A stretch of DNA of 64,000 nucleotides, taken from positions 20,832,001 through 20,896,000 of the forward strand of contig OZ024745.1 of assembly GCA_964016885.1 (NCBI GenBank), written 5' to 3'. The translations under genes and the position numbers were made by a program. The notes beneath the pieces were generated by a model that did no database searches, was not told the origin of the DNA, and was given only the letters and a program-made list of their open reading frames with translations. Every line of letters starts with the position of its first letter. The first letter of the stretch is position 1. Below are positions 15,787-30,627 of this stretch, piece after piece. The DNA is from Eledone cirrhosa (Eukaryota).

Positions 15787-15960
15787 AAAGGCTTCTACAG
15801 GACTAGAACTGTTTCATTCGGGAGAAATCATCAGGAAGCCCTGATGATTTCAGGGCTTCCTGATGATTTCTCCCGAATGAAACAGTTCTAGTCCTGTAGA
15901 AGCCTTTTCTAAATTAAATATTTATTCTACGTGGTTACTCCCGATTAACCCGGAATAAAC
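15783..15960 (+). mobile_element. (TA)n-embedded Penelope-like mini-element family A with a 62-bp perfect inverted repeat
   Basis: Arms 15783-15844 and 15850-15911. The tail ends ...GTGGTTACTCCCGATTAACCCGGAATAAAC and is followed by (TA)n. Confidence 0.75.
15852..15906 (+). ncRNA. Type I hammerhead ribozyme motif (mirror copy on the minus strand at ~15788-15842)
   Basis: GGCTTC-CTGATGA-tTTCtcccGAAt-GAAA-CAGttctagtcCTG-TA-GAAGCC. Stem I covaries with the 14.6 kb copy. Confidence 0.78.
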
Positions 15961-15999
15961 TTATATATATACACACACACACACACACATGCTCGCATA

Positions 16000-16060
<61 letters not shown>

Positions 16061-16305
16061 GCGCGCGCATATATATATATATATTCGAAAGTAAGACTTT
16101 GATATATCCTACATGGTAAAAATATAGGAAAAGAAGCTGAGGAGTTGAAAGTCCAATTGGAGTCTTTATTGTAAAGAATATTCATTTACAATAATTTGCA
16201 GCTTTACCGATTTCACAAGTTCATTCTTTACAAAGGTTAAGAGAGATGGTGCTATGCCAACATGTAATATATTTATATTTATACATACATATATATATAT
16301 ATATA

Positions 16306-16360
16306 CGTCGAGAAATAGCCGTCGAAACGGCTTGAGCTCTGTCGTCGGGGTACTGAACCT

Positions 16361-16365
<5 letters not shown>
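16306..16365 (+). mobile_element. Short fragment of mini-element family B in (TA)n
   Basis: AGAAATAGCCGTCGAAACGGCTTGAGCTCTGTCGTCGGGGTACTGAACCTTTTC. Confidence 0.7.
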
Positions 16366-16455
<90 letters not shown>

Positions 16456-17214
16456 CATATATACGACTAATGTTTAATGTACAATGTTAGTAAGGTGAAT
16501 TGTCTAGGAAAGTATTGATATACATTTATATACAGCAGCTGTTGCTTTAAATTAAGCAATTAATAACATTGAGGAAATACTAAATGAATCCAGTCAGTGT
16601 GAATGATCTGAAAAAGATATCAAAACTTTGCAGAAAATAACAGAACTGGTCATTCAGTTGATGTTATGCTGTATAAAAAAAGCAACAGTTTCACAACACT
16701 ACCACTTTACTGGTTGAAACTTTAAGAGTAAATCTAGGGAACGTCACAGTTGAACTCTAGAGACTGTGATAAAGGTCGTTGTTGACAGAGAAAACTGTAG
16801 AAACAAGACTTCATTTCAGCACATTTCAGTATGATGGAAAGTTCCACAGTTAAAATGAAAATTCCGATCGAATATGTGGATCAATATCGGTATAAGATTT
16901 CGACTACAAGAAAATGGATGCATTTCTTCTCGTACATTTAAAACAAAAGTAAAAAAAAAAATAAATAAATAAAATATTTACCTGATAGAAAATCAAAGAT
17001 ACAATGCAACTAGGAAGGAATGTTATGTATCAGCTCCAATAAAGCTTTGTAAGTGGAGTCCCTGACCAATTGTTAGTGAATCAATATTAGTTATTGTTAT
17101 TGTCGTAAGTAGGTAAATGTAGGTACATAAAACCATGAAATTTCTTTACATTGAAGAGTTTTTGTAGGCAATATTATTATTCCGGACAAGCAACATATAT
17201 GACCATTAAGGTTT

Positions 17215-17470
17215 TATATCTAAAAGTCTAAAGTCTATCTCGAGGCCGGAGTCTCATCAGACCGATGCTTATCTCAGTATCAATGGCGTGAAGAAACTGA
17301 GAGTACAATACTCACCTTCCCCTGTACAGGACGCCAGTCCATCGCAGAATCCTCCTTTTGCATGACAACGCTTGACCAAACATCGCACATCCAACGCTCT
17401 CGAAGTTGATTTGGGTTTTGAAACTCTGACCCAGCCAGCATACTTGCCGGTGTTTTCACCAACAGACTAA
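17215..17470 (-). mobile_element. SINE-like element with a V/Meta-type central domain
   Basis: The minus strand has a B-box-like GTTTCAAAACCC, the motif GCGATGGACTGGCGTCCTGTACAGGGG, and a tail GATAAGC...AGACTTTAGACTTT. Confidence 0.55.
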
Positions 17471-18093
17471 CTTATTTTCAAGTATTTTGACAAAATCTTG
17501 TAAGAACAAGTCTTCAACAACCAAACAACAAAAAGAAAAAAGAAATTCTTCGAGAAATTCTTCGCCTCCAGATCTTTAGAATTCTATGTTACCGAAATAA
17601 ACGTCTACCAAGTTGGCAAAACACGTGTAGGTTAAAACGGCCTTATATCGATCAATAAATGTTATTATGGACTGGGATATGTCGTTTCAAAATTAATATT
17701 TATTCGTTTTGTATGAACTCCAATTTTCTAAACAAAACACAATCAGAAAATGAAAGCCAAACTTGAACCCAAGCAAGATATTAACCAAAAGCATATATTC
17801 GACTGCAGACACCATCCGAAATTTCCCGTTAAACCAGTCCTGGGTCGCCACCAGTTACTGATATTGGAACACACACGTCATCAAGCTGCAGCCGTCCAAT
17901 TGCGTAGTTTCTGTATAATAGAAATTATTATATATATATATATATGAGTGTGTGTATATGTGCGAGTATGTGTGTGTGCGTCAGCGTGTGCATGTGTGCG
18001 TGGGTGTATGAGTACCTGTCTGTGCGTGTGTGTGAGTGTGTGTGTGTGTGTGTGCGTGAGTGTGTGTGTAGTAGTCTTTGTGTGTTTATATAT

Positions 18094-18140
<47 letters not shown>

Positions 18141-18602
18141 TTTCAACAATGTCAGTATTCCGTCATAATTCTCGAATATCATTCGTTCATAGGTTTCAAA
18201 CGACTCCGCCCACCTCAACGACACCAAACTTAAATTAATATGCATAATGACAATGAGAGGTGTGTGTGTGTGTGTGTGATGTGTGTGGAAATAAGAGGGG
18301 AAGGAAAGCAATAACTATTAACGTGTGTGCTTGTGTATGTAGGTGCGCCTATGTTTATGTGCGTGTGCGTGCGTGCAGCGTTCCACAGAAAGTAAAAACT
18401 ATCAACATGTGTGAGTGCGTGCGTGTGTAAGTTTGCGTGCGTGTGCTCGTTTCTATGCGTGTATGTGTGTGTACGCGGCGTTCCACAATCGCCACGCAGT
18501 TTATCTGCCTGTGTGCTTGTCTGTCAGTCTAACATACACAGAGTTGTGAAGGGAGTAAATAGGGACCTTTTTTACATTGACGGACATCTTTTATATTAAT
18601 TA

Positions 18603-18954
18603 TCTATATCTACATATAATATAAAAGATTGGAACTTCCATCATCCTTTTGAGAAATGTGGAACAACCACGTCTATGCAATGATACACGTTTTACAGTCA
18701 GGCAGAACATGAACCATCTCTTAGAGGTTACTATTCTAGGTGGGAGCACTTAGAATTGTTCATATACTATGCACAAACGGTACAACGAAGAATCTGGTAT
18801 ATCTGGAAGATTCTTTTTACTGTTTTTGTATCACACAGACACCATGGACTCGTCTCATACTGTAACCAGACAAACATCCAATACAGTCATTTTCTCTTTT
18901 ACCTGTCTTCTCTTATCATCTGTTTACCCGGGCGAAGCTGGGTACGTCAGCTAG
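18603..18954 (+). mobile_element. Non-autonomous Helitron
   Basis: 5' A|TCTATATCTACATATAATATAAAA. The 3' hairpin TACCCG-ggcgaagc-TGGGTA is followed by CTAG|T. Confidence 0.8.
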
Positions 18955-19042
18955 TATACATATATAGGAAAGAGAGAAATATATATGAGTATTATGTATA
19001 TATGGATGTGTGTGTATGAGTGTATCTGAAAGTGTGTGTAAG

Positions 19043-19275
19043 ATAACGAAAGAAGTATGGAAAGGAACCAGGCGGACCATAACACACCAGAGTACTCGAT
19101 ACTTTGGGTAGTAGAGTGGGTAATAGGAAAAGGTTCAGGACCCCAACGGCAGAGCTCAAGCCGTTTCGACTCCAGAAATAGCCGCCTGAGTTCTCGAGAA
19201 ATAACCGTTCTGAGTCCAGAAATAGCCGTCGAAACGGCTTGAGCTATGCCGTCGGGGTCCTGAACCTTTTCCTAT
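19043..19275 (-). mobile_element. Mini-element family B with an inverted repeat and rearranged centre
   Basis: Tail at 19043-19120. The inverted arms TAGGAAAAGGTTCAGGACCCC...TTTCGAC and GTCGAAA...GGGGTCCTGAACCTTTTCCTA are separated by short reiterated AGAAATAGCCG blocks. Confidence 0.75.
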
Positions 19276-19374
19276 GTGTATGTAAGATATATATTTTTAT
19301 GTTTTCAACTATTCTCATTATTTTGCTTTTTTGTGTGAGGGAAGCTGATACTTGGAGAAGTTCTATTCCTGTTG

Positions 19375-19545
19375 ATGTGTGTGTGAATATCTCAATGTAT
19401 CTATGTGTGTGCGTGTGAAAATATCTCAATGTATCTATGTGTATGTGTGAGAATATCTCAATGTATCTATGTGTGTGTGTGAAAATATCTCAATGTATCT
19501 ATGTGTGTGTGAGAATATCTCAATGTATCTATGTGTGTGTGTGAG
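19375..19545. repeat. ~30-32 bp tandem repeat GTGTGAAAATATCTCAATGTATCTAT(GT)n
   Basis: Five copies are visible. Confidence 0.85.
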
Positions 19546-19639
19546 AAGTATATAGAGTTATGCTGTGTATGCCTTCATCCGCCATGTATTTATACTTACA
19601 TAAATGTTTTCAAATCCACACATATACGAAACATTCTTA

Positions 19640-21539
<1,900 letters not shown>

Positions 21540-21540
<1 letters not shown>

Positions 21541-21623
21541 ATAGACTCACATCAACACATACTCACATACACACACACCCCATCACATACACTCACACAC
21601 ACACACACACATCACTACACCAA

Positions 21624-21662
<39 letters not shown>

Positions 21663-23235
21663 CACCATATCTACTCACACACTCACACATCACCACATCC
21701 ACTCACACACACATCACCACACCGACTCACACATACTCACACACTCAAACACACACATACACACATCACCACAGCAACTCACTCACACACACAAACCAAC
21801 ACACACTTACACACACATCACCACACCAACTCACACACGCGCACACATCACCGGACCTACTCACACACACACCCAACACACACATCACCACACCAACTTA
21901 CTCACACACACACCCCAACACACACTCACACACACATCACCTCACCAACTCACACACACACACACACACATCACCACACCTACTCAGACACACACCCCAA
22001 CACACACATCACCACACCAACTCACTCACACAAACACCCCAACACACACACTCACACACACATCACCACACCAACTCACTCAGAAACACACACCAACACA
22101 CACACTCACACACACATCACCTCACCAACACACACACACACACACACACAAACATCACCACACCAACTCTAACACACACACACACACAAACATCACCACA
22201 CCAACTCACTCACACGCACACCCCAACACACACACTCACACACACATCACTACACCAACTCACACACACACCAACACACACACAAACATCACCACACCAA
22301 CTTTAACACACACACACACCCCAACACACACACTCATACACACATCACCACAGCAACTCACACACACACCAACACACACACACATCACCACACCAACTCT
22401 AACACACACACACCTCAACACACACACTCACACACACATCACCACACCAACTCACTCACACACACACACCAACACACACACTCACACACACATCACCACA
22501 GCAACTCACACACACACCAACACACACACACACATCACCACACCAACTCTAACACACACACACCTCAACACACACACTCACACACACATCACCACACCAA
22601 CTCACTCACACACACACACCAACACACACACTCATACACACATCACCACAGCAACTCACACACACACCAACACACACACACACACATCACCACACCAACT
22701 CTAACACACACACACCTCAACACACACACTCACACACACATCACCACACCAACTCACTCACACACACACACCAACACACACACTCACACACACATCACCT
22801 CACCAACACACACACACTCACACACAAACATCACCACACCAACTCTAACACACACACACACACAAACATCACCACACCAACTCACTCACACGCACACCCC
22901 AACACACACACTCACACACACATCACTACACCAACTCACACACACACCAACACACACAAACATCACCACACCAACTTTAACACACACACACACCCCAACA
23001 CACACACTCATACACACATCACCACAGCAACTCACACACACACCAACACACACACACACACATCACCACACCAACTCTAACACATACACACCTCAACACA
23101 CACACTCACACACACATCACCACACCAACTCACACACACACCAACACACACACACAAACATCACCACACCAACTCTAACACACACACACACACCAACACA
23201 CACACTCACACACACACATCAACACATCCACTCTA
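21540..23235. repeat. CA-rich compound minisatellite (CACATCACCACACCAACT core separated by (AC)n)
   Basis: The core recurs dozens of times, with longer block duplications. Confidence 0.9.
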
Positions 23236-23574
23236 CATAAAACACCAAGTACTCGGTAGTCGAGAAATTTTCAAAGGGTAAACGTTCGCTCAGAGCTTAG
23301 ATTCCTTTCCATAGATCATTTCTTTGATCACAGAAAGCAATCGATCAAGACAGGCCCGATATATATCAGAAGGTGCGATTTTCTCCTCTTCCTCCTCCTC
23401 CTTCTATTTTATATTTTATTAATATTGTTCTTTATATTATTATTATTATTATTATTATTATCATTATTATTTTGGTGTGGTTTTGTTATTGTTGTTTTTG
23501 TTGTTTTTGGTGTTTTTGTTGCTTGTATTTCTTGCATTCTTTCTTTTCTTTTTATATCATGTTTTTTCTTGGAT

Positions 23575-25151
<1,577 letters not shown>

Positions 25152-25154
<3 letters not shown>

Positions 25155-25349
25155 CAAAAGAATTATGGTAAGGAACCAGATGGACCATAACGCACCAGAG
25201 TACTCAATATTTAGGGTAGTAGAGTGGGAAATAGGAAAAAGTATGACCCCGACGGCAGAGCTCGAGCCGTTTCAACGGCTATTTCTTGAGTCCAGAAATA
25301 GCCGTCGAAACGGCTTGAGCTCTGCCGTCGGGGTCATACTTTTTCCTAT
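25152..25349 (-). mobile_element. Mini-element family B with a 56-bp near-perfect inverted repeat, within (TA)n
   Basis: Arms 25231-25286 and 25294-25349. The tail at 25152-25230 is shared with the 19043 and 26456 copies. Confidence 0.8.
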
Positions 25350-25792
25350 ATATATATATATATATATATAAATGTAAGTATGTTCGTTTCTTCTATATAT
25401 ATAAATATATTCATGTATATATATATACATATATATATAAATGTGTGTGTGTGTATGTGTGTTTATGTGTGTGTGTGTGTTGACTTACAAAAAACGCAAA
25501 ATTAGTGAATAGGATGATAGAGAAAAAACCTGACCAAGGAATATCCATCGATCCATTTGACTGGATGGATGACAACGGGAGCAGAAAATACGGCTGAGAG
25601 GAGGGGGGGGGATGAGAGATGGTGGAGTCAGATATGGGAGTAGAGGGCGGAGTATCGTAATAGTGGTGGAATCACGACTAGAGATCTGACACACACGTGA
25701 CAATGCTGCCAGGGAGATAGATAAACCCATAGATGGATAGAGCGATAGACACATTTTATTGTATATATATATATATATACACACATATACAT

Positions 25793-25916
<124 letters not shown>

Positions 25917-25917
25917 G

Positions 25918-25981
<64 letters not shown>

Positions 25982-26455
25982 AATATACATATGTATATTG
26001 AGAGAGAAATAGAGAGAGAGAGAGAGAGAGGGGGAGAGAGAGATAGTGTGTGAGAGAGAGAAAGAGAGGGAGAAAGAAAGAGAGAAAGAGCGAGAAAGAA
26101 GGAAAGAAAGGAAGAATGAGATAGAGGCACAATGACTGAAAGGAAGAGGAAAATGGAGAGAAAATATTGTTGAAGTCATTTACAGGGTAAAGATGGAGAG
26201 AGATAGGAAAATAGGGAAAGAAAGACGAACAAAAGAAAATATTAGTAAAAAGCGAAAATCGCTCAGGAAACGGTGATAGAGTCTTCAGTACGAGCATTCA
26301 TGTGTGAGTGTCTGTGTGCGTGTTTGTATATGTGAGTGTGTATGTGAGCGTGTGTATGCGTGCGTGCGTGTGTGTGTGTGTGTATGTGTGTGTGTGTACA
26401 TGAGCTTGTGTTTATATACATATCAATATATGTATGTATATATATATATATATAT

Positions 26456-26625
26456 ATAGGAAAAAGTTTGACCCCGACGGCAGAGCTCAAACCATTTCGA
26501 CGGCTATTTCTGGACTAAATTCCGTCGGGGTCATACTTTTTCCTATTTCCCACTCAACTACCCTAAGTATTGAGTACTCTGGTGCGTTATGGTCCATCTG
26601 GTTCCTTACCACAATTCCTTTGTTA
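26456..26625 (+). mobile_element. Mini-element family B (opposite orientation) within (TA)n
   Basis: Inverted arm at 26456-26516, then CCGTCGGGGTCATACTTTTTCCTA and a tail ending CCTTTGTTA before (TA)n. Confidence 0.8.
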
Positions 26626-27259
26626 TATATATATATAAAGGTATAATTGTCAGAAGTAATAAAATATTGTTTATCACTTGGATAAAAAATATAATAATAT
26701 AACTTTGGTTATAATTTGAATGTAGCGCTTTCGTCTTTCACGGAACTTCTCAAGATATAAATGTAGTTGATGAAGTTCTGTTTATTTTAGTATCACTTTA
26801 AATAGAGTTGTTATAGTTTTGTTTTTAAGTGAATTTTTTGTTTTGTATGACATTTCTCCACGTAGCATTTTCACAACCGACAAATGTTAAATCTGTTTTA
26901 TTTTTTGTGGTTGGAATGTACGTCTAATGGGGCTAGGTAGAAACATACTCAGTATAGAATATATTCCGAAAACTACCTCATACAATCAACAATAAAGATC
27001 ATCTTTGATAGACCAACCGATAGGGAAGAGGACGAGGTAAAAGAGGACACAATATAGAATACAACCCAAACAGAGAACCTGAAACACACAGAAATCCCTC
27101 AAAGATGGCAAAAGTTCTAGAATGAAGACGTATTACTGTAAATTGTTTTGTAGGTACAACGTATTGCAACTAGGCACCAGATCAGGTAAAACAAAGAAAT
27201 GTTGACAACCCACCCATCTAAATCAGAAATGTATCTAAAAGAAACCTAAATTAGAGGTT

Positions 27260-28565
27260 TCTGATTTAGGTACAAGGCCAGCAATTTTGGGGGGAAGGGA
27301 AATTCGATCAAATCAACCCCAGTGCGTTACTGGTACTTAATTTTATCGATCTTCTAATAATGAAAGGTAAAGCTAACCTCGGTGGTATTTAAATCAGAAC
27401 GTGAAGAGCTATAACTCTACGCCACGAAGCATATTGTCCGACGATTTAGCGAGACCTAAATATCAAGGAAATTGACTTATTTATTGGAGGGTTTCAAATT
27501 TAGTCCCAGAACAACTTCAAATATCACCGAAATGAAAGGGGACATAAAAACTTCAATAGGTGTCTCTGGTTGAGGGAATTGTTTCAACAGTATGAATGAA
27601 GATGATTTGTTTGTTAGGATTAGATCCAATTTCACCAGGTATAGAAGAAGAGATAATCATTTATATATCTATATTGATACAATGTCACCATTACTGTGTA
27701 TATATATGTATACACAAACTAAGATATTAATAAAAACGACAATTCACCTATTACAAAAGAAGCCATCAAAGGCGTGAGAATTGTCACTTTGGATTATGTT
27801 TACAAATATTTCGATTTATATACAAGATGATATGGATATTAGGCACGAGATCAGCAATTTGGAGGGATGAGAGAAAGAATTAAATATACCCCGGTACCTA
27901 ACTGATACTTTATTCTAGTAACCCCCAGAAAAATGATAACAAAGTTGACTTCAGCAGGATTTGAATTCAGAATATAAATACTCCGAAGTATTTTGCTTGA
28001 TTCTTTAAACAATTCTACAAATCTACCGTTTTAAGAAATAATTGTTTCTACTTTAGGCACAAGGCCAGCAATTACCAAGTGCATTACTGGTACTTTATTT
28101 TATCGACCTCGTAAGGCTGAAAGGCAAAGTTAACCTCGGCGGCATTTGAACTCAAAATGGCAAGGGCCGTAACTCTATACTAGAAAGTATGGCGTCCGAC
28201 CCTCTACCAATACTGCCAATCCACCGCCCCCGTTTTAAGAAATAATTGTTTCTACTATTGGCACAAGGCCAGAAATTACCCAGTACATTACTGGTACTTT
28301 ATTTTATCGACCCCGTAAGGATGAAAGGCAAAGTTAACCTCGGCGGGATTTGAACTCAGAATGGCAAGGGCCGTAACTCTATGCGTCAAAGCATGGCGTC
28401 CGAACCTCTCCCGATACTGCCAATGTTTTAAGAAATAATGAATTCTTATTTCGGTACAGGTCTAACAATGTTCATCGATCCCAATACTTGAGTGGTACTT
28501 TATTTTAACGACCTCGTAAAGATGGAAAGGAAAGTTGACCTTGACTGGATTTGAACTCAGAACAC
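27260..28565 (-). mobile_element. Cluster of five tRNA-related SINE copies (~27260-27450, 27835-28025, 28043-28231, 28247-28424, 28445-28565)
   Basis: The minus strand shows a B-box GAGTTCAAATCC, the core CCGAGGTTAACTTTGCCTTTCATCCTTACGGGGTCGATAAAATAAAGTACCAGT, and the tail GGCCTTGTGCC...AGTAGAAAC. Confidence 0.8.
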
Positions 28566-28788
28566 AAATCTATCTATCTATCTATCTTGATAGAGTAAGA
28601 CACGCTTCGCATCGGCTCCGCTATTCCATCAGGATTTACCCTTACTATTGTAAGTACCGGATAAATTTTTAGTGCAACACATTTGGAACACTAACCCCTG
28701 TTATTTAGGGAAACATTTTTGCATTTACCCCCTTTTTAGGGGGTAAAATAAATATCTATTTTTGCCGAAAAATTTCTTTCTTGGCAGC

Positions 28789-30622
28789 ATGGCGGAAAAG
28801 ATGGCAGACATGTCTGCCATTAGCTCTGCCACGCCCCCCAAGTCTAAAGAACAAAAAATAATTACAACAAAATTAGACATTGAAACAAACAAACAAAATG
28901 AAAAAACAAATGTTAAGGAAAATGAGCAAACAGAAAACAAACAAACAGAAAATAATACAAATAACGACAGGGCAACTTTCGCCCAGAAAACAAAACAATC
29001 CATTACATACACACCAATTGACCTAACTGCCGCCAGAGAAAAACTGGCCGAAGCAAAGAAACACTTTGTTTTAGGGGAGAACGGAATGTTTTCCATTAAC
29101 TCCTCCCCCAGAATTCAAGAAAGCCAGAGCAGAAAACACAGTTATATACAGAACTATACTGAACCAGATAAGAAAGCTAGCACAGCCCATCCAAATGGAA
29201 ATAGAGTTAGTCCTAAAAGACTATATGAAGAATATTCTCTTCATACGAAAGGACCGACTCTATGGCAGCATTTCGGTCCTAACAAGAGACAAAGAAACGG
29301 CGGAGAAGCTTTCCCTAAGCCCACTCTCGTCGACAACATATAGCTTCTATCCCTCCTACATGGGTAGAAGAACACAGAGAGTAAAAGTAAAAACAATGCT
29401 GCCCACAATGGACTTCTGGTGGGCTATTGCTGGCTTCATTGATATGGGCGAAGACACAATGCTGTCAATGGAGAAGGCAACTGGAGATGCGTTCCTGGGA
29501 ATGGGCCTCGACATACTAGTCCAAATGAGGCCCGAAAGAATAGCACAAATCCCGGATCGCATCTGGCTGGATGACCTTACCCCAATAGACATAATTGTAG
29601 AGGGGAGAAGACCAGCATGCTATTTATGCATGGAAAGGGGACACGTTAAGGCTAACTGCCCGAAACGTATCCCCCAAAAAGGACTATTGCCCACACCCAC
29701 CACAAACAGTACACCAACACCACCCACCTCCAAAAATACACTAATACCACACACAGCAAACAAAATACAGACACCACCAACCACAAACACAACACAAACA
29801 TCACCACCACCAGCACCAAACACAAGCACGACACAAAAATCACCACCACCAACCACAACACAAACATCACCACCACCATCACCAACCACAAGCACGACAC
29901 AAACATTACCACCACCACCACAAAACCCATTCCAAACAAATAATTAAAAAAACAGTAACAAATCTACCCCTCCCGCAAAAAAAAAACAACCACACAACAC
30001 GTCCCTCCCACCTAGCGCTGAAGAGTTTCCCCCAACTTCTGAAGAAGAAGGGGGAGAAGCCTTCAGACAAGTTAAAAGAAAAAAAAGAAAACACACACCC
30101 AGCACACCACAAATAACCCACACACAAACACCAACTCCAATCAAAAACACCCCACCCTCAACAAACAAAAATAAATCTGCGCCTCCCCTCTCCGAAACAT
30201 TGACAGCATCACAAAAAAAGACGTTGCAATACACATATATAAATAAAGAAAACAAAAAACTGGTTAAATTAATAAACAATAACCCTATGGTGCAGACCGA
30301 AGGGCCAAACTTTATCTCAACAGAGAACTTCACCCATTTAAAAATGATAAAGGTCCCTCTGGACCTTTATCGTTCCTTAAAAGAACAATTTAGACGGGAC
30401 GTGAGCCCCCCCTGTTTAAAACCGTTAAATCGCGTCCTCTTGAAAGATTTCCCCATAACCGCCCCTCTCCCTGACACAACTCCAAATACCCCAACCCCAC
30501 CACACACGTGTACCCCCACACCACCACAAAACATCCCTCCACCCAACACACCTGATGCCATGGAAATTACGCAACCCGGAGAGGTAAGTGCTTTTCTTTC
30601 TTCACTTTCAACACCAAAATAG
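28789..30622 (+). pseudogene. Tx1-like ORF1 (gag-like), frameshifted
   Basis: Split over ORFs 28762, 29195 and 30200. Contains a CCHC knuckle CYLCMERGHVKANC and a Pro/Thr-rich linker. Confidence 0.85.
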
Positions 30623-30627
30623 ATCAA

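Noticed and set aside
17225-17265. CTGATGA...GAGA on the minus strand as a hammerhead
   Set aside because: It has GAGA instead of GAAA and no convincing stems I or III; it fits the tail of the surrounding SINE.
26930-27830. Possible ancient LINE reverse-transcriptase remnant
   Set aside because: Only vague motif echoes with many stops; too degenerate to support without a search.
27260-28565. tRNA genes suggested by B-box GTTCAAATCC motifs
   Set aside because: No cloverleaf can be formed; the motifs are SINE heads followed by a shared core and tail.
28622-28634. 13-bp match (TATTCCATCAGGA) between the Tx1 A 5' UTR and the satellite monomer
   Set aside because: The match is too short to exclude chance, does not extend, and is mismatched in copy A2.
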